Below are positions 15,548 through 27,750 of a stretch of 64,000 nucleotides of DNA, piece after piece (position 1 is the first letter of the stretch; every line of letters begins with the position of its first letter). Source of the stretch: Catajapyx aquilonaris (lineage: Eukaryota); contig KZ538464.1 in NCBI GenBank assembly GCA_000934665.2, positions 1 to 64,000 of the forward strand, written 5' to 3'. Below the pieces are notes generated by a model that was not told where the DNA came from, ran no database searches, and saw nothing but the letters and a program-made list of their open reading frames with translations. A program made the position numbers and the translations under genes.

Positions 15548-16210
15548 ATTAAGATATGTTTGAATGAGGAAAGAATGTGAATGATGCTGTTATGGCTTTA
15601 ATTATACCGCAATTGACCTCAGTGGGTTCTAGAAACATTACTGCTACACTGAGTTACTTTTGGTGATGAGAGCTGGGGGTAAGTTATTATTTTAGCACGG
15701 GGGAGGTGTGGCCAAAAAAAACTTTGGGAGTCATTGGAAATACAAATCTCTTAAAATCAGTCTGGAGTGTATAGGAAAAACTATTAGCTATTGACCGCAT
15801 GTGCCAGTGGGTCTTAACGGGTCTCTAGCAATAATTTCCAGTAATGTTATTGTCTTCATCTCAGATTTCTGTCCAGTGCCTGTACGAATGCTTCTCCTCA
15901 ACATACATATTATTGAAAGCTAATATTATTGACAACATTTATGCAATAAGTAACTTGGAATGTAACCAGTTAAAATAGTCCTCCTATTGCGACTAAACGT
16001 GTCACCTGACCTGACGCGCAAGTGACCCCTATATCACAAATGTAGGGAGGTGGAGTGGCGCTGAGGAAAAGTATGCACTTTGCACATCCCCTCCTGTCAT
16101 CCTGCCCGTGGGCCTGGGCACTTCAATTAATAGGTTCCGTATAATGATTCAATAAAGGTCCTTGTGATATACCCCTATAGAGGGGGTGAAAGCACTACCC
16201 AGGAGCCAGG

Positions 16211-16410
<200 letters not shown>

Positions 16411-17760
16411 ACGACATTTCCCTGTAAGGGGTAGTCAGCGATGACGGGAGCCACAAGCTAACCCAAAATATGAACTAAATTAAAACTTGTAAAAATAAGC
16501 CTAAAAACAACCCGTCCCGCCCCCCACCCCTGCCCATCTCAGACGACAAACACTCAATATTAAATTTAAATTTGTATTTAAATTAATTGTATTAATTGTA
16601 TTGTATTAATTGTATTAATTGTATTGCTTGTATTAATTGTATTACTTGTATTAATTGTATTAATTGGATGTAAATTTGTATTTTGTGTTTAAATTTGTTT
16701 GTGTACCTGGGTAGTGTCCTTGAGAGTAATGGTAGAATGGATGGGGAGATTGACAGGAGAGTTAGTTCTGGGTTGAAAGTGATAAGTCGACGCCTAAGAA
16801 TTATATTGTCGTATGTCCAATGGACTTCCATTGGACATACGACAATATAATTCTTAGGCGTCGAAGTGCCACAAGTAAGTTTGCTAGAAATAAGGACTTA
16901 TCTTCTGCCTGTAGGTTGTCTGTCTATTCTCGCGTTATTGTTCCTTCACTTATGTATGGTAGTGAGGCTTGGGTTTCGTCAGATAGGCATAAGAGTAGGG
17001 TGTTGTGGGGTTACTAAGTTGGATCTAGGATTAGGAATGAGGAGATTTTTCAGAGGTGCAATGTTAAGGAGAGTGTTAAAGATAAGGTGTGTATTAGGTC
17101 TACTCTAATAGGCGGTTTGGCCATGTGGAGAGGATGAAGGAGGAGGAGATTGTGAAGAAGGTTTATTTGGGTGGAGTAGTTGGTAAGAGGGGAAAGGGTA
17201 GGCCTAGGAAGACATGGTTAGACCAGGTGGGTCAGTGTCTTAAGGGTGTTGCTAGTGTTAAGCCTAGACGTTCATGTGTCAATAGGACCATGTGGCTGAG
17301 GCTAAGGTTGTTTGTTTGGATAGGTGTAAATGGTGTAGGTTAATTAATGGGTAGAATATTCACAGGTTTGTGAGGCATGGCAGAGTCCATTGAATTTTTT
17401 CGAATGGCTAGAATGTTTGCAGGTTGGTGGGAGGATTCCCGATTCGGCATCAGGAAGTTCATACTCGGGCTTTGGGTGCTGTGCAGAACTACAAGTTTGG
17501 CAAATATCTCTTGCGCAGTAATGCATAGGTAGACACCGGTAGTCATGCTTGCAAGGGTATCTGCCTCTCTCTCTCTCTCTGTCCTGTACAGCACTTGGAG
17601 TTCGAGTATGGATTTCCGTATGCTGGTTCTTCTCGCTGGCCTGTGGGTGTTCTGGTCGTTTGGAGGAGAATATTCTAGTCACTTGGAGGAATTTAACAGT
17701 TGCTGATTCCTCTTCCAGGGGAGGGGGGGGGGGGCATTTTTTTTCGAAAAGTACCACGTT

Positions 17761-17761
<1 letters not shown>

Positions 17762-17833
<72 letters not shown>
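17762..17833. repeat. (TAT)n microsatellite
   Basis: Direct reading. Confidence 0.95.
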
Positions 17834-17835
<2 letters not shown>

Positions 17836-18350
17836 CTCAAAAGCAAGGGGCAATTATAAACTGAACATGCCATCATGATCTCCATAATAAAGACAATATT
17901 GCCAAAATTACCTAAAACTATATTTTGGGCTTAGATCAGCGAGACTATGGAGGAAGTGCAAACCTTTCACCACCTGTGTTGGGTAAATGCAAAATCAGTC
18001 TCTAGTAAGATACAGTCTAGAATGTTCCATGTGAAAGTGGTGATAATAATGCGATTATTGTTGGCTACTTTCAGTTTGCCTGTTGGGAAGCAACGGTTTG
18101 GTCAGTTAAAAGTGTTTGGTGAGTTAGGTTTTGGCGCAATTAGAGGAGCAACCTTGTCATCATTTTTATGCGACACGCTTACAGGAGAGAGCTGATTAAT
18201 AGACGAGCACTGATGACTTTACTAAGGGCTCAACTTGGACTAAAACCAGGCAGGCATACTTAAGGTGAGGGCCTCTTCATATGTAGTTTAATGAGCACCT
18301 CTTCACCCTTCATTATGTGCTATTCAATTATTGTTGTTACACATGTTTAA

Positions 18351-18821
18351 CCCTTAACTACGTAGGTGGGTGAAACACCTTTAACTACGTAGGTGGAGCC
18401 TGAGAGGCTCCAACGGTATATTTAAATTTCTGCTTATCAACTAAATTGTTATATTGGACTTTTCACATACAGAAAGTGCAGTTCAGATCATTAGGCTTCC
18501 GATAACGTAAAAATCACACGCAGAGTCTGCATATTCCGACAGGGAAAAATTCTTAATTAAAAGGTTACATCATGCTTGAGCCGCTCAGTCTTCACCTGCA
18601 TAGGTAGAGCCAGTATAGAGTCCAGGAGGGACCTGTTCCTCGTTACGAATTTTTTTAAACCAAACAATAGGGACTTTAAAAAAATTTCTTTCCTTTTCAT
18701 GCTTAGGAAGGTTTGTCTGACAAAGTCACGGAAGGACAGGGGAAAATAAAATTCGATGAAAAAGTTGCATGCGTTTAAATAGTGCTTGGAGCCTCTCAGG
18801 CTCCACCTACGTAGTTAAGGG
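18351..18821. mobile_element. piggyBac-like MITE (TTAA TSD)
   Basis: ttaa|cccttaactacgtaggtgg ... ccacctacgtagttaaggg|ttaa; flanks form the palindrome acatgtttaaacatgt. Confidence 0.9.
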
Positions 18822-18918
18822 TTAAACATGTGAATAAGGCACAAGTGATGCCAGATGTATATGTGGTGATAAAATGACCCTCTCATATTGTTAATGTTGG
18901 AGGAAGTGATTAATTTCA

Positions 18919-19270
18919 GGGAGACGGAGTAGCGCTGCGGTAATGTACTCGCCCACGGATGTTAAGGTCCCGGGTTCGAACCCAACCTGGGGAGACCTCC
19001 TTCATCTTGTGCAGAGTTCTCGGGTCATCTCTGGCTTCGTTTCGGGTGGTATTTCTGACAGACTAAGCCACCCAGGGGAGCTCGCAAAATGACCTTACTA
19101 GTCGATGCACTGCACCTTGCACATCCCCTCCCAGTCCCCCTGACTGTAGGCCCGGGCGCTTATTCTAACATGACCTAGGCTTCTATAGGACTTCAATCGA
19201 TGGTGTATAGGAGCAATGGCTCTCCCCGAATACCCTGTAAGGGGTGGCAAGGGGTATTACAAAAAAAAAA
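18919..19270 (+). mobile_element. tRNA-derived SINE with poly(A) tail and 15-bp TSD
   Basis: A box tagcgctgcgg, B box ggttcgaaccc; TSD aagtgattaatttca at 18904-18918 and 19271-19285. Confidence 0.9.
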
Positions 19271-20020
19271 AAGTGATTAATTTCATAAAACTGACACTAC
19301 AGTTATTTGATGGTCAGAGAAAGAATATGATGGTGTCATGCTTTCTAACAATGCCAGTCAGTGGCAAAATACCACTGACTACTACTTGAACATTATTTTT
19401 ATGATAAAGGGCTATTGTGCATGATGCCTAAATCAGTTTGAACAATAATAATGTGACTTTAATTTTATTATTCAGCATGCCATCCAGAGCGATCCAGGTT
19501 ATCATTTACCTTTGAGGTTGGATTCGCAAGTGACCACAGGTATAACTTAGGTTTTATGGAGTAACTATAGCTTGAACGTAGTTCTGTTTCCATCTTGGCG
19601 AAATAAAAAACTGCAACATGTGCAACGTACCTAAGTTTTGCCCAACTGCAAGTACGGTTTCACATTTCGTAAATGACACACCAGTATATAATTATTTTGA
19701 ACTGGCATTAACATTTATAGAGTAGGACGACTAATATCAACCAGAGCCCTATTTCAGAAATTAGTATCACTGCAATATTTGTTTGATGTAGGTATTAGTA
19801 AATTCGACTGATATACTGTAGCCTATTTTTCTGTTATAGCGATTCGTCTCATAAGCATAAAGTTGAATATTGCATTAACATCATTCCGATGTCATAGTAC
19901 TCTCTGGGATGCTAGGGTCAGCGTACTCTCAAACCACCATGAAACCCTTACTTTTTTCCATTTCTTGTATCGATATATTTGTATAATAAATTTATTTATT
20001 TCTTCTGGTACAGATTCACT

Positions 20021-23000
20021 ATGGGCAAGAACAATCAGGCATATATCGTCCCTCGATATCTTCATGACACCAGCAGGAAGATTTCCTATGAAATTGGAGA
20101 GTTCCTCGGAAAGGTGTGTGTTCAAGATATACCTTAGTCTAAAGTCTAAACTCTAAATAGTGCTTTTTATGGCGAGCCAAAATGCGAGTAATATGCGAGT
20201 GTGCCTGGATGTTTTATAATTTCAGTTAACTAATATTACCAACTCAAGTCAAAGGAATACTTTTGACAAAAATGTAGTGCACAGTGTTTAGAAGGAAGGC
20301 TAAATATTTTAATAGTGACTCTACAGAGATATAGAGTCTTTCATTTTCACCTTGATAATTTTGTGTTAGATTCCTCTGTATGCAAAATAAAAAGATATTT
20401 CAGAACTGGGGGCGTAAGTGGTGGTGTTTGGTGAAGTAGTGTCTGTAGAAAGCCTCATGTGACGCATATAATGACAACAAGAAACAAACAAAGACGAACA
20501 AAAAATACATTTAACTATACAATGTCACCAAATAGGTTTCTTACAGAGTGGAAAGTGTTTTTATCGATGACCACTACAATGTCATTAACACCTTAACATT
20601 GTGCTTGAAAATAGCCTTCATCAATATTGGTGACCGCATCTGACAGTATTATTTTTGCCATTACAGGGGAGCTACTCCGAATGCTATGTATTGAAGAATC
20701 AGAGTACCAATGAGCGCTATGCAATTAAAATAATTAGTAAGCAAGTGCTTGCAAGCGCTGCCAAGGAACAATTGGAACAGGAAGTTTCGATCCATCAACA
20801 GCTAGACCACATTCATGTTGTGAAATTTTACAGTTCGTTTGAAGATGAACACAATTCGTACCTAGTGTTAGAATTGTGCCAAAATGGGGTAAGGAGTGTC
20901 TTTCTGCCCTGGTTATATGGTCTGCTCTGATCTTGACCCTTGCCTATTTCAGGATGTAGAGGGCCTCCTCAATACCGGCAAAGTGTTCACAGAGTCTGAG
21001 GTGCGTTACTTCATAAGACAACTATTGTTGGCAGTAAGGTATTTTCATGAAAATGAAATTATACACCGTGACTTGAAGCCTTCCAACATGTTCCTCAACT
21101 CCTCTGCTGAGCTAAAAGTTGGCGATTTTGGCTTTGCAGTCCGGGAAGACAATGAGGAAGGGTTGAGGTTAGTGCCTTGTTTGTGTTTACGCTCTTATAC
21201 TTTCAATGGTTTTGTAGGATTATAAGGACACATTCTGCAGTGCAGTATTATCATGATTTACGACAAGGGCAAGTATTGGGAGTTGGGAATGACACAATCT
21301 CTGATTCAAAAGTATACCCCGCCCAGAATATAAGAAATTATCATACTATAGTGGAAAAACGAGAAAAAATGTTTTTATAACTTATAGCCTACACATAGTG
21401 ACATGGTAGAGAATGAAGAGTGTCACAATATTCAAGGAACATAATTCCAAAATAGATGGTGTTGTGCAAGCGCCATCTCTCTATTTTCGTCTCTCTCCTT
21501 CAGAAATAAAGATATGTCCAGCTTAGGAGCAGTTCACGTCAGGGTCGTTGAAGCACACCTCCACCACCCCGGCAAGGTGACGACACTATTAGATAAATGC
21601 GAGTTTGGCCTGCCACAATAATAAGTCATTTGGGACATGTCCTTTCCTCATAAGGAGTTGCTGTGCTGACTGAATGTAAAATCATTGGTCGCTCCTTACA
21701 AAAATGGGACTGAGTTATATATTTTTGATGGTATTACTTTCCTAATTTCTTGGAGAAGCTGTGGCTTTTGGAGTGACCCAAAAATGTAAAACACTACAGT
21801 TGGAACAGAAGTCATTGCCCGTATTTTAAATTCGAAGACCACTACGGTGATTAACCATATGTGATGAGCTGCCCGAGTGCTATCTAATGCGACAAAAACA
21901 GCATGTTGTTAACCTATCAAATTATTTCAGAACACAAAATGTGCTATTCTTCGGAAATGGTGAGGTGTGGCGGGGATGATGTAGTTACTTTTTTGGCTAA
22001 TTTATGTAGGGTTTCTTTTGAGAATGGTGTACATAGTTCCTAGGGATTGGAGGGATGCTATTATAGTACCTCTGTATAAGGGTAAGGGAAATGTGTGTGA
22101 CTGCAAGAATTATCGTGGCATTAGTTTGTTAAGTGTACCAGGGAAAGTGTATGCTAAGGTTTTGATAGAAAGAGTTAACAGGGTCACTAGTCAGAGAATA
22201 CTGAATATTCAGAGTGGGTTTATGTCGGGTAAGAGTTGTGTAGATGAGATAATTATTCTGTATGAGACTCGTGATAGAAAAGTATTTAGCTGTAAACAAG
22301 AAGGTTTATGTTGCCTTTGTAGACTTAGAGAAAGCCTATGACACAGTGAGTAGGGAAGGTTTGTGGGAAGTTCTGAGTCTCTATGGAGTGCATGCCTGTT
22401 GGAGGCTGTAAAGTCATTGTATGAAGAGAGTAGAGCTTGTGTTAGAACTAGTGGGGGTTTCTCTGACTGGGTTAACATTAGTGTTGGGGTTAAGCAGGGT
22501 TGTGTCTCCCTGGTTATTTAACTTGTACTTAGATGCATGTATAAGGGAAGCTATGGTTGAAGGTGTAGGAGTGCAGTTTGGTGATGAGTTAGTTAGTCAC
22601 TTGCTGTATGCAGATGATTCTGCCCTTCTGGCGGAGAGTGAGGCTGATTTACAGTTGATCCTATGCAAGTTAGATAATGTTTGTGAAAAGAGGGGTATGA
22701 GGATTAACGTAGATAAGACTAAGGTATTTGTATTTGAAAGAGGACAGTAGGTTTCTCCTTGTATGTTGCAGGTACGCGGAAAACTGGTTGCGCAGGTCAA
22801 CCAGTTTGCATACCTGGGTAGTGTTCTTGAGAGTAATGGTAGAATGGATGGGGAGATAAACAGGAGAGTTAGTTCTGGGTTGAAAGTGATAGGTGCCACA
22901 AGTAAGTTTTCTAGAAATAAGGACTTATCTCCTGCCTGTAGGTTGTCTGTCTATTCTCACGTTATTGTTCCTTCATTATATATGGTAGTGAAGCGTGGGT

Positions 23001-26000
23001 TTGGTCAGATAGGCGTAAGAGTAGGGTGTTGGCTACAGAGATGCGTTATCTCAGGGCTGTTTGTGGGGTTACTAAGTTGGATAGGATTAGGAATGAGGAG
23101 ATTTTTCAGAGGTGCAATGTTAAGGAGACTGTTAAAGATAAGGGGGCCGTCCAGACGGGCCAACCTTAGCCGCGGCCAACCGCGGCTGGTCGAGGCCGCG
23201 ACTGTTCACACGGCAACGGCCACGGCCAGGCCACGGCTCAGAAGTTGGCCAAGTTGGCCGACTTCCTGGAAGTTGGCTCGCTGCTTGGCCACGGCTTGGC
23301 CTCGGCGACGGATACTGCGCGTCACTTGTTTTTCGTCGCTGCCATGACTACCGGCCACTATTACAACTGCGGGTGGCTGTTATTAAAATATGTGCCCGTC
23401 TGAACGGGTACCGTGGCCAGCCGTGGCTCCGCAAGCCGGGGCCGACGCCAGGGCCGCGGCCAGCCGCGGCTAAGGTTGGCCCGTCTGGACGGCCCCAAGG
23501 TGTATAGGTCTACTCTAAGGTGGTTTGGCCATGTGGAGAGGATGAAGGAGGAGGAGATTGTGAAGAAGGTTTATTTGGGTGGAGTAGTTGTTGGTAAGAG
23601 GGGCAAGGGTAGGCCTAGGAAGACATGGTTGGACCAGGTGGGTCAGTGTCTTAAGGGTGTTGCTAGTGTTAAGCCCAGACGTTCATGTGTCAATATGACC
23701 ATGGACGTGGATGAGGCTAAGGTTGTTTGTTTGGATAGGTGTAAATGGCGTAGGTTAATTAATGGGTAGAATATTCACGGGTTTGTGAGGAATGGCAGTG
23801 TCCATTGAATTCTTCTGAATGGCTAGAATGTTTGCAGGTTGGTGGGAGGAGTCGGCGTCTGGAAGTTCATACTCGGTCTCTGGGTGCTGTGCAGAACTGC
23901 AAGGTTGGCAGATATCTCTTGCATAGTAATGCATAGGTTGACACCGGTAGTCATGCTTGCAAGGGTGTCGGCCTCTCTCTCTGTCCTGCACAGCGCTTGG
24001 AGTTCGAGTGTGGATTTCCGTATGCTGGTTCTTCTCGCTGGCCTGTGGATGTTCTGGTCTTTGGAGGTGAATATTCTAGTCAATTGGAGGAGTTTAACAG
24101 TTGCTGATTCCTCTTTCAGGGAGGGGGGGGGGGGGGCACTTGATTTCTNCTCTGTATAGTGTAAGATTTAAATTTAATATTGAGTGTTTGTCGTCTGTGA
24201 TGGGCAGGGGTGGGGGATGGGACAGGTTGTTTATAGGTTTATTTTTACAAGTTTTAATTTAGTTATTATTTTGGGTTAGCTTGTGGCTCCCGTCATCGCT
24301 GACTAGCCCCTATAGGGAAATGTCGTGATGGTGATGATGATGATGACAAAATAGGAACCACTTTATTCAGAGTTAGTCAGAACTTCAGGTCAATCCTCCT
24401 TCATGATAATCGTTGGCTCAATACAAATATAAAATACAGGAGCAAATAATGCCGAAAATCCAACATTTAACGATGTAGCCAACTCGACAATGCAATTAGG
24501 ATGGTCACATTTGTCTCAACAATATCCTAACCGCCAAATTTGTGGTTTAAGGCTCGGTTTTCGACATTTTTCACCCACACATTTTCATTTGTTTTGAACC
24601 AACGAGTACTGGGAGACTACCCTAGTTAGATTGACCTGGACTCACCCTGCTGTACTAATATTGTTTTCCCTTATACAGAAAACAATGCGGCACACCGAAC
24701 TATATCTCACCAGAAGTCATTCGAAGGAAGAATACCCAGACTCGTGCTGTTGATATGTGGGCAATTGGGTGCATACTATACGAGATGATTATTGGGGATC
24801 CCCCATTTATGGCCAAGACGAGGAAAAGGACTTTCAGGAGAATAGTGAAAAACGCCTATTATATACCGGATGACGTGGGAGAATTGCCCCGATCATTAAT
24901 AACGCTACTTCTTCATGACGATCCTATCATGCGACCAACAGCTACAGAGGCTCTTTTAGATCCTTTCATGGCATTGGACCCCTATCCCGGGCAGTTGGAA
25001 ATATCCCTCCTCATCGAAGCTTTACATCTTACGCCTAGAAGTGACAATAGCATCGGTATGGCTAAATAGGGAGGCATTATCGGAGTCTAGAAAGAGCTGC
25101 ATTTCTTGTGCTTACATCTTACAATCACTTGGGCCTGAAAATTATGTTGCACTTAAATATCACTTGCTCTTCCAAGTCAATTGGAACAATAATTAATTAT
25201 TATTCAAGAATATGCCCAATGATGTCATTTAGTGATTGCAGTATTATCGTAGCTGCTGAGTTACGTTCCTGTAACATGCAAGTTGCTTTGAAAAATGGCT
25301 AGAAGATAACTGCTAGTTGCAACTGTCCCTGTAGTTTTGAAAAACTTGTAGCCTACAGTGTTAATCCTCAATTCCTACTCACCAGCAGTGGCTCCAGTGG
25401 CACCCGAACCCATCAGATTACCCCCTAACAAATCTGTTGAAAACTCAGCAGACAAAGAGATCCATGATTCCTACCCTGGACACACAATACAGCAAAGGGG
25501 GAATTCGATAGGATCCAAGTCACTAGATTCAGTGCACAGTACTTGTGTTCTTGACATTAATGGAGGAATGAATTTAGTTCTGGTGGATGGGCAGCTTGTC
25601 TTTACTGATGGAGAGCAAGCAGTGAAGATTCTTCATTGCTCAGATCCAGAGCAAGTGCGCTGTGAGGACTACCCTATTGGTGGTAAGTGTGGTTGACCAG
25701 GGCTGACCCCATCACCACATGCTCGTTTATTCACTGTAATCACTCATCCCATCTCTTGTACTGGACAGCTCTTATTGTGCCAGAGGCTCCCAAAGAGCCA
25801 TCACATGTCCCCTTGCACCAGCCTGGGGTCCAAGACTCACTTCCAGCACCCCAGTTTGGCGAAGTTGCTCCTGGGGATAAAAATATCTTGACACAAGGCA
25901 AGTTATGCTCTACGCATTATTTTGGTCTGATATTAAACACTGGGCAACACTGACAAAGGCTTTCAAATGAAAATAGCAAATCTTCACTTATTTCGAGTTA

Positions 26001-26270
26001 CTGAACACGAAGATGACGTTGATTGGCTCTAGTTTAGGAGAAACAGGCATGGTCATAATCATGGTCATGTATACATACTGTACACATCACAGAGGAACCA
26101 CGCGAATTTCTATGTGAAGTTCATGTTCAAATGGTGTTTTTTCAGGTTATCTATCTGCTAGTAAGAAAACAGCTCACCTGAAAAGCCCTAGATCTCAACA
26201 GTTTTTGAGATGCAGGGGTCAAAAGGTCAAAAATGGATATATTATGCAAGGCTCTAAGGAAGCCATATAC
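20021..26270 (+). CDS. polo: Divergent Polo/PLK1-type Ser/Thr kinase; 3' end unresolved, no recognisable polo-box domain
   Basis: Kinase exons 20021-20113, 20667-20888, 20953-21167, 24679-25055; putative tail exons 25386-25682, 25769-25897 (GC donor), 26146-26270; all phases compatible. IVPRYLHD..SYEIGEFLGK|GSYSECY, AIK, EVSIH, VLELC, HRDLKPSNMFL, DFG, CGTPNYISPE, DMWAIGCILY..IGDPPF, DPIMRPT match Plk1-3 kinases. Confidence 0.85.
21951..24346 (+). mobile_element. 5'-truncated RTE-clade LINE (RT pseudogene, 3' UTR, (GAT)n tail) in Plk intron 3
   Basis: IIVPLYKGKG..NYRGISLLSVPGKVY, QSGF, AFVDLEKAYD, SPWLFNLY, LLYADD, LRWFGHVERM; frameshifts and stops. Confidence 0.95.
23143..23496. mobile_element. 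GC-rich PIF/Harbinger-like MITE nested in the RTE
   Basis: ggggccgtccagacgggccaaccttagccgcggc TIRs, 3-bp TSD AAG; empty site gataaggtgt visible in the other RTE copy (~17081). Confidence 0.9.
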
Positions 26271-26870
26271 GTAAGTTATATTGGAGAGATTTTTGGTGCA
26301 TATAGGTTTATTGGGATGAGGAATAAAACGGTAAAGCTGGAAATACTGAATATTATGAAATATAAGGGTACTTCTTTGGGAAGATTATGGGTAAGAGCAT
26401 CAAAAAATATGAAAAACAGATAGAATTTTTTCTAGTGCATGAAAGAAAGATGTTTCGACATGACATAAACACCCAAGATGGTGATTTTGATTATCCCTAA
26501 TGTAAATATTGTAGGTATTATTGATTTTTCCAGAATGCAATTGAATACGTGATTTTGAAAAGGGCAAGATTCAATGCCCTTTTCATGGGAATATTGACCT
26601 TTTCAAAATGACCGATTCAATATTGTCTTCACATTTTTATAGACCTATTCAATTTTTCTTCTACGGTACTACGTTGTCAGTGATGAAGCCAATACTGTAC
26701 AGATTACGGTTTGTTTAGTTTACTTAATTAGGAGTTTTTAAAAAAATGTTACTAGCAGATTGGCTTATCTTTTAAAAGTTGTATTATGTTGTTTTTGCTT
26801 TTGCTCTGTGTTTTGGTGACATTCATAAAGCCACCCTGATCCATGTACTTTATAATAATTGCTATTTAAT

Positions 26871-27237
26871 GGGGAGATGAAGTGCCGCCGCGGTAACGCG
26901 TGCGCCCACGGATATGAAGGTCCCGGGTTCAATCCCCACCCGGGGTTCCCACCTTTATCCATGCAGAGTTGGGCCATCTCTGGCTTCATTTCGGGTGGCA
27001 ATTTCCGACAGACTAAGCCACCCGGGGGAGTTCACAAAATGACGATTAGAGACATTGCACTTGCACTTTGCACATCCCCTCCCACCCACCCTTGGAGTAC
27101 ACTAATAAGATTCTATCTTAACTCGCTCCAACTAAAACCCCAATGGTGATAATCCACCCCCCCCCCCCTAAGGAGTACGTAACTCCCCCCGTGGGGTAAT
27201 GAAAAAAAACAACAAAAAACAAAAAACAAAAAAATAA
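26871..27237 (+). mobile_element. tRNA-derived SINE (same family as 18919) with 16-bp TSD
   Basis: B box ggttcaatccc, A-rich tail, TSD taataattgctattta at 26853-26868 and 27238-27253. Confidence 0.9.
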
Positions 27238-27750
27238 TAATAATTGCTATTTACATGGGAGTTAATAGAATTCACTACTTTGGGTGTGGAATGCACTGCC
27301 TAAAACCTCCCCCTGCTTTCAAGCACTTGAAAATACTGTTTTAAGTCATACTTAAACCCTTTACTGGTACATATATGTCATATCTACTATGTATAGCTTT
27401 ATTATATAAGAAATTATTGCAGATTTCTCAGAAACCGTAGCCAATTTTGCATTTTCATTGTCATATTCCTGTTTATCACCTTGAAAGCATTAAGAAATGG
27501 CCACTGTAATTTCCGAGCCATGACTTTTGTCCAAATTATTTTGTTGCCCAGTGTATAGGCCTAATGATTCAGATAAACTGCCATCAGCAACCCAACTTTC
27601 ACTACCATATGACTTTCTGGACACCTGTGAATCACTTTATGTAGGAGCGTCATTTGGTCTCCGCAGTCTCATTATTGAGATAATTAACATTAATCTATAT
27701 GAGTCTCATACAGTAGATGGTGGATACTGCCTATACGTCACTTCCATTGC

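Noticed and set aside
18919..18995. tRNA-like sequences with A and B boxes (also 9981, 15261, 26871, 44900, 63930)
   Set aside because: No complete cloverleaf seen, and they continue into shared bodies, several with tails and TSDs: SINE heads, not tRNA genes.
19233..19245. ccctgtaaggggt shared by the SINE 3' end and the RTE 3' end
   Set aside because: Match is antisense to the LINE and only 13 bp of a near-palindrome; not enough to claim a SINE-LINE partnership.
22763..23769. Arg/Ala-rich ORF extensions
   Set aside because: Read-through from RTE frames into the GC-rich nested MITE.
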